This document shows, one piece after another, positions 1 to 9,646 of a DNA stretch of 64,000 bases. Within the stretch, counting starts at the first letter, position 1. The number at the start of each line of letters is the position of its first letter. Below the pieces are notes generated by a model. It had not been told where the DNA came from. It saw nothing but the letters and a program-made list of their open reading frames with translations, and ran no database searches. The stretch is from an uncultured virus (IMG/VR IMGVR_UViG_3300023174_000069). Its lineage: Duplodnaviria > Heunggongvirae > Uroviricota > Caudoviricetes. The position numbers were made by a program, and so were the translations under genes. Location: the IMG/VR virus record IMGVR_UViG_3300023174_000069, one strand, 5' to 3'.

Positions 1-946
1 TTTAGGTGATACGTTTGACCGCCGCAAGTACATTAATTTTAGTACACTACATTCTTGGCAAAATCGTGTGTTTAAGCCACTGCACGATTGGTGTGATCGT
101 GTTGATATACTAATTGGTAATCATGACACTTACTACAAAAATACCAATAAAGTAAATAGTGTTGAAGAGCTATTAAAAATTTACCCTAAATTTAATATCT
201 TTGTAGAACCTACCGAAGTTGATATTGACAATAGAAAGTTTTTGTATGTTCCTTGGATCTGTGAAGATAATCAAGAGCAAGCATTCAAGATGATCGACGA
301 ATCGCAAGCACATATTTGTGCAGGTCATCTTGAGCTAATAGGGTTTGAGATGTACGCTGGTCATATTAATACTAATCACGGCTACCGCAGTGATATGTTC
401 GACAAGTATTATATGACTCTTACAGGTCATTTTCATCAAAAATCATCCATGAGCAACATTCATTATTTAGGTGCTCCGTATGCTATGATGTGGGGTGATT
501 GTGGCTCAGCAAAGGGATTTCATGTATTGGACACAGAAACACTAGAGTTGACGTTTGTTGAAAACCCAATTCAAATGTTTCATAAGATTTATTATAACGA
601 CACTGACGAAACTTATGATTCATTGATGAATAAGAATCATTCAGATATTCCTGGTAAGTTTGTAAAGGTAATTGTTCAAAAGAAAAATAATCCCTATTGG
701 TTTGATCAATACTTTGAGAATCTGCAAAAAAATAACCCAGCAGATATTTCAGTAATCGAGTCAGCATTTGAAAATGGACTATCAGATCAAGATGACATCG
801 ATCAAGCCAAGGACACTCTTACAATATTAAAAGAATGTGTTGATACCTTAAACGTAGATGAGCACAAAAATTCTCTAAACGATTTGCTTCGAGAACTTTA
901 TATTGAAGCATTAAATAGTAATGAGCATATTCAAAGTAATAGCTAA
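1..946 (+). CDS. 47: Recombination endonuclease subunit gp47 (Mre11/SbcD-like), 5'-truncated by window
   Basis: Frame open from base 2 (LGDTFDRRK); GNHD, GHLE and GHFH metallophosphoesterase motifs; directly upstream of gp46. Confidence 0.93.
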   Translation, partial: LGDTFDRRKYINFSTLHSWQNRVFKPLHDWCDRVDILIGNHDTYYKNTNKVNSVEELLKIYPKFNIFVEPTEVDIDNRKFLYVPWICEDNQEQAFKMIDESQAHICAGHLELIGFEMYAGHINTNHGYRSDMFDKYYMTLTGHFHQKSSMSNIHYLGAPYAMMWGDCGSAKGFHVLDTETLELTFVENPIQMFHKIYYNDTDETYDSLMNKNHSDIPGKFVKVIVQKKNNPYWFDQYFENLQKNNPADISVIESAFENGLSDQDDIDQAKDTLTILKECVDTLNVDEHKNSLNDLLRELYIEALNSNEHIQSNS

Positions 947-2658
947 TGATAATTTTTAAAAAGGTGCGATGGAAAAATCTTCTATCCACCGGCAACAATT
1001 TTACAGAAATTGACTTGAGTAGTAATCATACTACTATTCTATTAGGTCAAAGTGGTAGTGGAAAAAGCACACTGCTAGATGCTATAGCATTTGGATTGTT
1101 TAATCGTCCTTTTAGAAATATCAACAAGAATCAATTAGTCAACATGATCAATCAAAAAAATTGTTTGGTTGAGGTAGAGTTTACAGTAGGAACACAAAAC
1201 TATTTGATTCGCAGAGGTATAAAACCCACAGTGTTTGAGATTTACTGTGATGATGTGCTTATCAATCAAGACTCTCACTCAAAGGATTATCAGCAGTATT
1301 TGGAGCGCAGCATACTTAAATTTAATTTTAAAGCCTTCACGCAGATTATAGTTCTTGGCGCCAGCAACTTTACACCATTCATGCAACTTAAACCGGCAGA
1401 TCGAAGAATTATTATCGAAGGACTTTTGGACATAGAAATATTTTCTGTGATGAATACAATACTAAAACAGAAAATATCCAATCTCAAGAATATAACTCAA
1501 GAAAATGAATTTAATTTGTCCATAATCAAAGAAAAAATTGAATTACAGAACAAGTATATTTCAGACTTGTCACAAAGCAAGCAAGAAAAAATTCAGGAAA
1601 ATCTTGCTATTATCGAAAAAAATAAACAACAGATGTTGACTATAGAACAACAGAATCTGGAATTAAAAAACAATATTGTTGAGTTAAAGACCAAACTTAA
1701 CTTTAAAGATGATGTTGTCATACAAATTACCAAGATAAAAGATATTAAGAATAAGTTAGACTCTAACATTAAAAAATCTAAAAAGGAAATTTTGTTTTAT
1801 GAGGAAAACAATAATTGTCCTACTTGTAGGCAAAACATTCCTGTTGATTTTAAACATATGGAAATAACAAAGAAGATGGACAAAATAACAGAGTGGCAAA
1901 CAGGATTAGCTGATGTTGACTCTGCTATGAGTAAGTTGTTATTGAAGTTAGAAGAGTCTAGGCAAATAGAAGATGAAATTGATACAATACAAAGTCAAAT
2001 TGTAAAAAATCAAAGCATGATTGATGGTATCAATCAGTTTATCAAAAAGATTGCCAAAGACACAATCGATATGAAAAATCAAGAATCTGCACCCAAAGAT
2101 TGTGTAGATAAGCTAAATGAATTGCAAGAAACTTCCACTAAACTGGAAAACAATAAAGAGCAATTTGCATTAGATAAAAATATTCACGATTTGGCTACAG
2201 CACTACTAAAAGACAGTGGTGTTAAAGCCAGAATTATTAAGCAATATCTTCCTTTGATTAATAAGCACACAAATATTTTTTTAAATGCCATGAATTTCTT
2301 TGTTACTTTTAATATTGATGAAGAGTTCAATGAAAGTATCAAGAGCAGAGGACGTGACGAGTTTGCTTATGAAAATTTTAGTGAAGGTGAAAAACAACGA
2401 ATAGATTTGGCCTTATTGTTTACTTGGCGAACCATTGCCAAAATGAAGAACAGTGTAAACACTAATCTTCTTATTATGGATGAAGTGTTAGATAGTTACT
2501 TAGATCAAACAGCCACAGAAAATGTTTTGACGCTGCTAAACTCGGATATGTTTCGTGATACCAACATTTTCGTAATTTCTCATAAAGAAACCATATCCGA
2601 CAAATTTAAGAAAACAATTCGCTTTACAAAATTTAAAAACTTTAGTACTATAACTTAA
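946..2658 (+). CDS. 46: Recombination ATPase gp46 (Rad50/SbcC-like)
   Basis: Walker A GQSGSGKST, coiled coil with CPTC zinc hook, FSEGE signature, LLIMDE Walker B, ISH. Confidence 0.96.
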   Translation: MIIFKKVRWKNLLSTGNNFTEIDLSSNHTTILLGQSGSGKSTLLDAIAFGLFNRPFRNINKNQLVNMINQKNCLVEVEFTVGTQNYLIRRGIKPTVFEIYCDDVLINQDSHSKDYQQYLERSILKFNFKAFTQIIVLGASNFTPFMQLKPADRRIIIEGLLDIEIFSVMNTILKQKISNLKNITQENEFNLSIIKEKIELQNKYISDLSQSKQEKIQENLAIIEKNKQQMLTIEQQNLELKNNIVELKTKLNFKDDVVIQITKIKDIKNKLDSNIKKSKKEILFYEENNNCPTCRQNIPVDFKHMEITKKMDKITEWQTGLADVDSAMSKLLLKLEESRQIEDEIDTIQSQIVKNQSMIDGINQFIKKIAKDTIDMKNQESAPKDCVDKLNELQETSTKLENNKEQFALDKNIHDLATALLKDSGVKARIIKQYLPLINKHTNIFLNAMNFFVTFNIDEEFNESIKSRGRDEFAYENFSEGEKQRIDLALLFTWRTIAKMKNSVNTNLLIMDEVLDSYLDQTATENVLTLLNSDMFRDTNIFVISHKETISDKFKKTIRFTKFKNFSTIT

Positions 2659-2690
2659 TTATGTCTTGTTGCATCGAGAGGAATATTATA

Positions 2691-3314
2691 ATGAGCACTG
2701 AACCAAAAATAAAAAATGCCATTCTCGTCAACGAATTTTCTGAATATGGTGTTAAAAATTTTAAATCAGATTTTGACGATCTTAATAATAGTGCTTTGCC
2801 TATAATTCCTATTTTTATCGATAGTTATGGTGGTGAAATCTACGCTCTCTTAGCTATGTTGGATATAATTTCTACTGCTACTAAGCCTATTGCTACCGTT
2901 GCTCTAGGAAAAGCTATGAGTTGTGGTAGTATTTTGTTGGCTTGTGGAGGATCTAAAAATCTTAGATTTGTAGGACCCAATTCTACAGTAATGGTACATG
3001 ATGCAGCTACAGTATCATTTGGAAAAATTGAAGAGCTAAAAGCTGACGTTGGTGAAGCCGAACGATTGAATATTAAAATTTTTGAAATGCTGAACGATTC
3101 TTGCGGAAAACCTAAAGGATTCTTTCAAAAATTGGTTGCGGAGAAAAAGCACGTTAATTGGTATTTGGACTCAAAAGAGGCTCTCAAACTAGGATTAGCC
3201 GATCATATTGGTTTGCCAGTAATTGATTCACTTTTTAATGTAGATGTAGTAAAAACATTTGCTGTAAAAACTGCTTCTGAGAAAAAGGTAAAGAAAAATA
3301 AGAAAGCAAAATAG
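2691..3314 (+). CDS. clpP: ClpP-like protease subunit
   Basis: IDSYGG, GKAMSCGS (Ser), VMVHD (His), EALKLGLAD; start moved to ATG 2691 after GAGAGG RBS. Confidence 0.88.
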   Translation: MSTEPKIKNAILVNEFSEYGVKNFKSDFDDLNNSALPIIPIFIDSYGGEIYALLAMLDIISTATKPIATVALGKAMSCGSILLACGGSKNLRFVGPNSTVMVHDAATVSFGKIEELKADVGEAERLNIKIFEMLNDSCGKPKGFFQKLVAEKKHVNWYLDSKEALKLGLADHIGLPVIDSLFNVDVVKTFAVKTASEKKVKKNKKAK

Positions 3315-3315
3315 T

Positions 3316-4056
3316 ATGAATTGTGTAAAGATTAAAGTGTCTGATATTGATGTATCAGAACATGATGATAGCTGTTTTCATTATTTAACTTTAATCGAAA
3401 ACAGCACATATTTACAAAACACTCCAGTTTATGTCAGTGAGACTGATAAAAAACTATATGGAGTTAGTCTTTCGGTGTATCATTCTTTACTTAAAACAAA
3501 TGCACAAGAATGTTTGGCTATATTGGTGCCAGGAACATACGATGAGAAGTTTGATTTGTATATGTCTAATATACAGTCAAATGTAACTTTGCTATATCAT
3601 AAAATTAAAAAGAAGTATAATCAATCAGAACAAATTAATAATTGTGAGTTTGATTGCAATCAATTAGATCTGATGTATCTGGTGGAATTAGACGATGTAA
3701 ATTTGGACATTAAAGAAATACAAGAAGAAGTTGTTAAAATTAAAAAGCAATTTAGTGTCACTATAGTTTTAAAAACTCTTGAGCAAAACTTTCGTACACA
3801 AAGATTTTTTAAAACTAATCAAAACGAAATATCGTACAATGACTTTAATCGCATCGCTAACAAAATATCAAGCCCATTTGACATTGATGATATAAACGAA
3901 CGATTCTTTAGAAGTCAGACCTATCCTGATTTTACTATCAAATGCGATAGTATAGATCAGATGAATACGGTGCTAGACTATTTTAAGATTAATAAAGACA
4001 AGATCAAAACGACCAGAATAAACTTCAATAAACTAGAGAAAATAATTCCATGTTAA
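3316..4056 (+). CDS. Hypothetical protein, possible degenerate ParB/Srx-like N-terminus
   Basis: 246 aa ORF coupled to the glycosyltransferase; KIKVSDI...PVYV...G...ECLAILV pattern loosely resembles ParB-N. Confidence 0.4.
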   Translation: MNCVKIKVSDIDVSEHDDSCFHYLTLIENSTYLQNTPVYVSETDKKLYGVSLSVYHSLLKTNAQECLAILVPGTYDEKFDLYMSNIQSNVTLLYHKIKKKYNQSEQINNCEFDCNQLDLMYLVELDDVNLDIKEIQEEVVKIKKQFSVTIVLKTLEQNFRTQRFFKTNQNEISYNDFNRIANKISSPFDIDDINERFFRSQTYPDFTIKCDSIDQMNTVLDYFKINKDKIKTTRINFNKLEKIIPC

Positions 4057-5003
4057 AGAGAGTTTTGTTTATAGGTCCATACAGTCATCATCTAAGCTCT
4101 AAAAATTTGATGGCTTGCTATCGTATTGTTAGATGGATTTGTAATAATGTTCCTGGTTGTGAGCTACTGCAATATGAAGATTATGTAAAGGCTGATTGTC
4201 ATAGAAATATTGATGCAATAGTTTACTTCTATTCTTCATACTATGCCAAGTTTGATGAAATCATTACAGTAATGAAGAAGCATCCAAATGCAAAGTTGTA
4301 TTGGTTATACAATGAATATGCATTATCCTTGAACTCTTCTATAGCCAAATATTTTCATAAAAGAGGGTATGAAGTAATTACAAATTTAAAGGATGGACAT
4401 GGAAAAGACGTTTTAACAACCTCAAAAAAAATTCATGTGTTGAACATGAATGTAACTGCATATAGAGATGAAATAGATCAAAAACCATTTGAAGTTCGTC
4501 CTCACGAATTACTGTATTATGGTATGTTTCGTCCTGATCGACAGCAATACATAAATGAATATTATCAAAATGCTATTGTAAGCACCAGCGCCAAAAACGT
4601 AACTAGATTTAAAATGAATGGTCTATCAGCAAAATTTGTTGATAAGTTGGTGTGGGGTAGAAATGATTCTACTCTTAATCGAGTAAAGTTTTCCGTGTAT
4701 GTAGAAGATAAGAGAATACATCAAGATCGATATAGTCATTTAGCCGATAGATTTTATGAATGTGTTAGTAATGGAGTAGTCTTATTTTTTGATCGAAACT
4801 GTATCAAAAATGTCACAATGTCTGGTTACAATATAGAAGATTATTTTTTCGTATCTGATAAAATTGAGCTTAGAGATAAAATGAATGAGATATCTATCAA
4901 TCTTACGATACGAGATAGATATTTTTCTAACGTAGTGCGAGATATAGAACAAGAAAAGCAAAATTTAAGACAGGAATTTTTGTCGGTTTTTGAATCATGT
5001 TAA
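4050..5003 (+). CDS. GT-B glycosyltransferase resembling T4 DNA beta-glucosyltransferase
   Basis: KLYWLYNE, LLYYGMFRPDRQ, DRFYECVSNGVVLFFD and FFVSDKIELRDKMNEI parallel T4 BGT segments (IYYLFTD, VIYGGSFRSGQR, LRVWETMASDAVMLID, FYVNNRAELIDRVNEL), recalled from memory. Confidence 0.7.
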   Translation: MLKRVLFIGPYSHHLSSKNLMACYRIVRWICNNVPGCELLQYEDYVKADCHRNIDAIVYFYSSYYAKFDEIITVMKKHPNAKLYWLYNEYALSLNSSIAKYFHKRGYEVITNLKDGHGKDVLTTSKKIHVLNMNVTAYRDEIDQKPFEVRPHELLYYGMFRPDRQQYINEYYQNAIVSTSAKNVTRFKMNGLSAKFVDKLVWGRNDSTLNRVKFSVYVEDKRIHQDRYSHLADRFYECVSNGVVLFFDRNCIKNVTMSGYNIEDYFFVSDKIELRDKMNEISINLTIRDRYFSNVVRDIEQEKQNLRQEFLSVFESC

Positions 5004-5269
5004 TTAATATTATAGGTCATATAGGAGCAATTCTGTTGGCCTTTTCATCAGCACCACAATTAATTACTACATTAAGAAAAAAAGACGTTACAGGACTATC
5101 ATTAGTCACTCTTTTACTTTGGGGGTTTGGTTGCGCCTTCATGGGAATATATGTATTCTTTACCACAGCCCAAGCTCCTTTGCTTTTTAACTATACATTC
5201 AACACCATGCTAGTTGGAACTAACATTTTACTTTACTTAAAGTATAAAAAGCCTAATAAAAACAAATAG
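4997..5269 (+). CDS. PQ-loop / SemiSWEET-like 3-TM transporter
   Basis: 90 aa, three hydrophobic helices, APQLITTLRKKDVTGLS PQ-loop motif. Confidence 0.82.
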   Translation: MLINIIGHIGAILLAFSSAPQLITTLRKKDVTGLSLVTLLLWGFGCAFMGIYVFFTTAQAPLLFNYTFNTMLVGTNILLYLKYKKPNKNK

Positions 5270-5291
5270 TTATTTGCTTATAATATAGTTG

Positions 5292-5320
5292 TTGACATTG
5301 TTTCCATAGTTTGATATACT
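5292..5320 (+). promoter_or_regulatory. Sigma70-type promoter
   Basis: TTGACA-17 nt-TATACT upstream of the 5350 ORF. Confidence 0.85.
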
Positions 5321-5349
5321 TATCGTATAAGTGATTATGATGAGGTGTT

Positions 5350-7557
5350 GTGATGTCAACTAGAATTTCTTCAAAAGAAATACTTGCCAAGTTAATGGCT
5401 AAAGAAAATATCTTAGTAGAACACGCCAATGTTCCTACGGCGGGTTTTGATTTGATCAATCGCAAGTTACTTCTTCCTAACTGGAAAAATATCTCTGATG
5501 ATGTTTATACTCTTCTTATATCTCATGAGGTTGGTCATGCTCTCTATACCCCTAAAGATGAGTGGGAAAAGGAAATCATCAAACACGCCAACATAGACTT
5601 CAAGCAAGTTGTAAATATCGTTGAAGATGTTCGCATCGAAAAACTGATTCAGAATTTATATCCTGGTACGGTTCGTGCCTTTCGTGCAGGATATAATGAG
5701 TTAGAACAGTCTAATCTTTTTGGAACAAAAGATCGTGAGATTGAATCTTATGGTCTTCTAGACAGAATCAATCTTCATTTTAAAATTGGTCATTTCGGGT
5801 ACGCTAAGGTTCCTTTTAGTGATGCTGAGAAGCCTTGGTTAGATAAGATATCCTCATGTAAGACCTTTTCTGATGTAATTAACGTTGCTACGGAGTTAAA
5901 GCAATTTGTAGAAGAAAATCCTGATTCTCAAGGTGATCAGCAGGCTCAATCGGAACAAAATTCTTCAGATAATCTTGAGTCTAAGGAGTTGTCAAAATCT
6001 TTTGCCCCTAGTAAATCACAACCGGGCGGTTCTTCGTCGCAATCTTCTAATAGGTCTAGCATGTCAGAGGAGAACCAGGAATCTTCTGCTGGTGGATCAA
6101 ATAGTCCAGAAAGCACAGATAACTCAGATGATAACGATGCAACTCAAGGATCTCAAACAGATTCATCAAAAAAACCAAAGGTTTTTTCTGAGACACAAAG
6201 TCATTTTGATTCCGAGATTCAAAAATTGGTCGATACGTCCGTTTTAGAAACATTTTATGCCAACGTTCCTAAAATACAGTTAGATAAATTAGTTGTGGAT
6301 TACAAAACGGTGCACGAACAAATAACCAATTTTTATTCTAAACACTACCCTCAGATATACGACACTTTACAAACGGATGTTGAGCAATTTAAAAACATCA
6401 ATAAAAATACGGTAAATCAACTTGCTAATCTCTTTGAGATGAAAAAGAAGGCTAAACTGGATGTTCGCTCTCTTACTTCTCGTACTGGTAAGTTAGACAC
6501 CAACAAGGTATACTCGTATCGATATAATGATGATATCTTCAAGAAGCTAACCATCACACCTCAAGGTAAGAGTCATGGTTTGGTTATGTTTATTGATATG
6601 AGCAGTAGCATGACCGAGAATATTGCAGGAACCTACGAACAGTTACTTAACTTGGTTCTGTTTTGTCGTCGTGTGAATATACCATTCGATGTTTACGGAT
6701 TTACTGATGCTTATGCCTCACGTCAAGGATTGCACAAACACCCTTCTAATTCTGGTGAGCTAATGTTTCATGAGTCATTTTGTCTTAGACATTATTTTAG
6801 TAATAGAATGTCAGGAACAGAATTTAATATGGCTCTCAAGAACATTATATGCATCATGAGACACTACACTGGACAGTATTATGGTGGTGTTCCTCCACAG
6901 GAAACACTAAACACTACTCCTATGGTGCCTGCAATTTTGGCTGCAACTCAGCTTGTTAAGCAGTTTCGTGAGCAGTATCGGTTGGATATTGTAAACACAA
7001 TTTTCCTAACAGATGGTGAAGATACTCACGGTTTGGTGTGTAATGATGGTAGCGGAGAAGGAAAATACATAGGAACATCAAGACGATTTGGATGGAATGC
7101 ACAAAAATTAAATCATTACATAAGAGATCCAAAAACTCGTAAGCAGTGGCAGATTAAGGATTGCACATCTGATATGCTCAACATTTTACGAGAAACCAAC
7201 GGAGTTAAAGTAATAGGTTTTCATATTATTAAGAAGCGAGAGTTGTCTTATCTTTTAGGTCGCACTGTTACATCCGACACCGAGCTAAATAAGCACTTAG
7301 ATAACTTTAAGAACAATAAGTTCTGTGAGATTAATAATATTTCTGGATATGATGCTTACTATATGATCCCTGCTGGTAATACTCTTAGCGTTGGATCGGA
7401 TGAGTTTGAAGGAAATGTTGACACTACGATAGATTGGGATGATCAAAAGCAAGTTAAAAAGACTTTAAAAGCGGTTACTAAAAACTTTAGTAACTTCATG
7501 AAACAAAAGATGACTAACAGAATCTTATTGAATCGTTTTATAGATCATATATCATAG
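5350..7557 (+). CDS. CobT-like protein: N-terminal zincin (HExxH) domain, Ser-rich linker, C-terminal VWA domain
   Basis: HEVGH; NIVEDVRIE; MIDAS DMSSSM...TP...TDGE; partner of the MoxR/CobS ATPase. Confidence 0.85.
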   Translation: MMSTRISSKEILAKLMAKENILVEHANVPTAGFDLINRKLLLPNWKNISDDVYTLLISHEVGHALYTPKDEWEKEIIKHANIDFKQVVNIVEDVRIEKLIQNLYPGTVRAFRAGYNELEQSNLFGTKDREIESYGLLDRINLHFKIGHFGYAKVPFSDAEKPWLDKISSCKTFSDVINVATELKQFVEENPDSQGDQQAQSEQNSSDNLESKELSKSFAPSKSQPGGSSSQSSNRSSMSEENQESSAGGSNSPESTDNSDDNDATQGSQTDSSKKPKVFSETQSHFDSEIQKLVDTSVLETFYANVPKIQLDKLVVDYKTVHEQITNFYSKHYPQIYDTLQTDVEQFKNINKNTVNQLANLFEMKKKAKLDVRSLTSRTGKLDTNKVYSYRYNDDIFKKLTITPQGKSHGLVMFIDMSSSMTENIAGTYEQLLNLVLFCRRVNIPFDVYGFTDAYASRQGLHKHPSNSGELMFHESFCLRHYFSNRMSGTEFNMALKNIICIMRHYTGQYYGGVPPQETLNTTPMVPAILAATQLVKQFREQYRLDIVNTIFLTDGEDTHGLVCNDGSGEGKYIGTSRRFGWNAQKLNHYIRDPKTRKQWQIKDCTSDMLNILRETNGVKVIGFHIIKKRELSYLLGRTVTSDTELNKHLDNFKNNKFCEINNISGYDAYYMIPAGNTLSVGSDEFEGNVDTTIDWDDQKQVKKTLKAVTKNFSNFMKQKMTNRILLNRFIDHIS

Positions 7558-7561
7558 TAGT

Positions 7562-8134
7562 ATGAAACTCATTCAATCATTCAAACAAAGATTACTCCAC
7601 GAGGCAAGCGTTAAGAGCTTGTCTCGTATATGGCAGCACACCAACGAATCAAACATTGGTATGATTACTGCCTATCGTGGTGAGCTTGATCTTAAAAAGA
7701 ATGAGATGAGAAACAAGGAACTAGCTACACTGATACGTCAAGCTGGATTCGGATACATTCAAGTAACAGGCTTTTATATCGAGAATCTTGGTCAAGATGA
7801 CGAACGAAAGGTTCAGGAAAAGTCCTTTTTGATAATGTCACAGGCAAGTGACTCTGGTAAACTACGAGATTTTCTTATTAAGATGGGCATCAAGTTCAAT
7901 CAGGATTCAGTCTTTTATAAAGATGTAACCAAGGACAAAGGTGTCCTTATAGGAACAGCTTCAGGTAGATGGCCTGGGCTTAACACAGAAGTAGTAGCTG
8001 GTAGATTCACGCCACAGAAGCTAGGAACGTATTATACGAAGATGAAAGGTGATCGTAAGTTCACATTCGAGTCGGTTGAATGTCCTCAGGGGCTCATGCC
8101 TAGAGCGTTACAAGAGAAATTAGAAAACCGCTAA
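7562..8134 (+). CDS. SAM lyase (T3 SAMase-like) with capsid-targeting-like N-terminus
   Basis: ITAYRGEL..N..R...LIRQAG..TGFYIE..QEKS..FNQDSV matches T3 SAMase VSAFRSNL..N..R...LRAA..TGCYRE..EEKT..WEQDCV (recalled). Confidence 0.68.
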   Translation: MKLIQSFKQRLLHEASVKSLSRIWQHTNESNIGMITAYRGELDLKKNEMRNKELATLIRQAGFGYIQVTGFYIENLGQDDERKVQEKSFLIMSQASDSGKLRDFLIKMGIKFNQDSVFYKDVTKDKGVLIGTASGRWPGLNTEVVAGRFTPQKLGTYYTKMKGDRKFTFESVECPQGLMPRALQEKLENR

Positions 8135-8144
8135 GTTATTGATA
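8132..8144 (-). promoter_or_regulatory. IHF-consensus site
   Basis: Reverse strand TATCAATAACTTA = WATCAANNNNTTR, just upstream of a sigma70 promoter. Confidence 0.5.
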
Positions 8145-8162
8145 TTACGTTCAATATATTTG

Positions 8163-8191
8163 TTGACATATTGATTTGGTTCCTGTAGAAT
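8163..8191 (+). promoter_or_regulatory. Sigma70-type promoter
   Basis: TTGACA-17 nt-TAGAAT. Confidence 0.85.
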
Positions 8192-8228
8192 ATTACTTAT
8201 AGAATGTAGTTATTTTGAGGATTATATC

Positions 8229-9485
8229 ATGAATACCAATAAAAATCGTAAAGAGTTTCTTGATGCTTTGGCAACAAAATTCGGAAATTCTCCGTTTAGA
8301 CGGAAGGAATTGATTGAATTTACCAAAAAACATAATTTTACCAACTATAATTGGTTCGTAAACTCTAGCGAGTATAAGCTATCTCGTGGTGAGTATCACG
8401 TTGCTTCGAGTACACCCGTCATGACTACTGCTCCTTCCACTTCTTCTGTTTCTTCTACTTCACCTTCTGTGACTACGGAATCAGCCGTTATTCATAATTT
8501 TATAGGCGAGGTGCATCGTGAGTGTTTAGTGCCTGAGGTTGATAAGTTGTTTGTCAAACATGGTGACTTTGATTTAATCTCTAAGATTATTTCATCACGA
8601 TTGTTTTACCCAATCTTTATTACAGGTCTTTCTGGTAATGGTAAGACTTTTGGTGTCGAGCAAGCCTGCGCTCAACATAATCGTGAATTGTTTCGAGTAA
8701 ATATCACTATCGAAACCGACGAGGACGACCTTCTTGGAGGATTCAGACTTGTAAACGATAGCACCAAGTGGTTTGATGGACCTGTTATTCGAGCTATGCG
8801 CTCTGGTGGTGTTCTTTTATTGGATGAAGTTGATCTTGGTAGTAACAAGCTACTTTGTTTGCAACCTATTCTTGAGGGTAAAGGCATACTTCTCAAGAAG
8901 ATTAATCAGTATGTAAAGCCAGCTCCTGGTTTTACTATCGTAGCCACCGCAAACACCAAGGGTCAGGGTTCTGAAACTGGTAAGTTTGTAGGAACCAACA
9001 TTCTTAATGAGGCTTTTCTTGAGCGTTTCTGTGCTACGTTCGAGCAGAAGTATCCAGAAGAGCGAGTAGAGAAGAGTATTCTCAAGAAGCTATTTGCCTC
9101 TCACGATTTAAAATCCGATGTTATTGACGATTTTATTTCCAAGCTAGTTACTTGGGCATTTGGTACTCGCAAGACCTTTGAGACTGGTGGAACTTCAGAC
9201 TTGATTAGTACTCGTCGATTGGTTCATATTGTAAATGCCTATGTAATTCTTGGACACCCAGACGAGAATGATAAGAAGTCCGTGGGTGATCGCCGCCGCC
9301 AAGCTATCGAGTTGTGTATTGCACGATTCGATGAAAGCACCAAAATCTCGTTTATGAACTTCTATGAAAACATAGATCCATACTTAACAGTGGATATGGA
9401 TTCAAAACAAGATTCGGTAAATGAGAGTGAAGAGTTAAAAGCGGAAGAACATGATATTCTTTCTATTTTGACTAATCAATCATAA
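8229..9485 (+). CDS. MoxR/CobS-like AAA+ ATPase
   Basis: GLSGNGKT Walker A, LLLDEVD Walker B, ATANTKG, LNEAFLERF, ISTRRL. Confidence 0.92.
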   Translation: MNTNKNRKEFLDALATKFGNSPFRRKELIEFTKKHNFTNYNWFVNSSEYKLSRGEYHVASSTPVMTTAPSTSSVSSTSPSVTTESAVIHNFIGEVHRECLVPEVDKLFVKHGDFDLISKIISSRLFYPIFITGLSGNGKTFGVEQACAQHNRELFRVNITIETDEDDLLGGFRLVNDSTKWFDGPVIRAMRSGGVLLLDEVDLGSNKLLCLQPILEGKGILLKKINQYVKPAPGFTIVATANTKGQGSETGKFVGTNILNEAFLERFCATFEQKYPEERVEKSILKKLFASHDLKSDVIDDFISKLVTWAFGTRKTFETGGTSDLISTRRLVHIVNAYVILGHPDENDKKSVGDRRRQAIELCIARFDESTKISFMNFYENIDPYLTVDMDSKQDSVNESEELKAEEHDILSILTNQS

Positions 9486-9510
9486 TAGTTCCATAATCAC
9501 TACATTCCTC

Positions 9511-9543
9511 GCCCACTTTGCCAAAAACAAAGTGGGCTTTTTT
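9511..9543 (+). terminator. Intrinsic terminator
   Basis: GCCCACTTTG-ccaaaaa-CAAAGTGGGC followed by T6. Confidence 0.85.
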
Positions 9544-9646
9544 ATTGTTTATTTTCTTGTAAAGCATTTCTCTATATGATATTGTATTATTCAAAGTGAC
9601 ATTTCACTTAATTAACTTTATTCTTTATATTATAAAGAGGATAATT

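Noticed and set aside
5350..9485. CobS/CobT as cobalamin-synthesis auxiliary genes feeding the B12-dependent RNR
   Set aside because: There is no cobN or other cob gene. The motifs only support a generic MoxR AAA+/VWA pair, common in T4-like phages.
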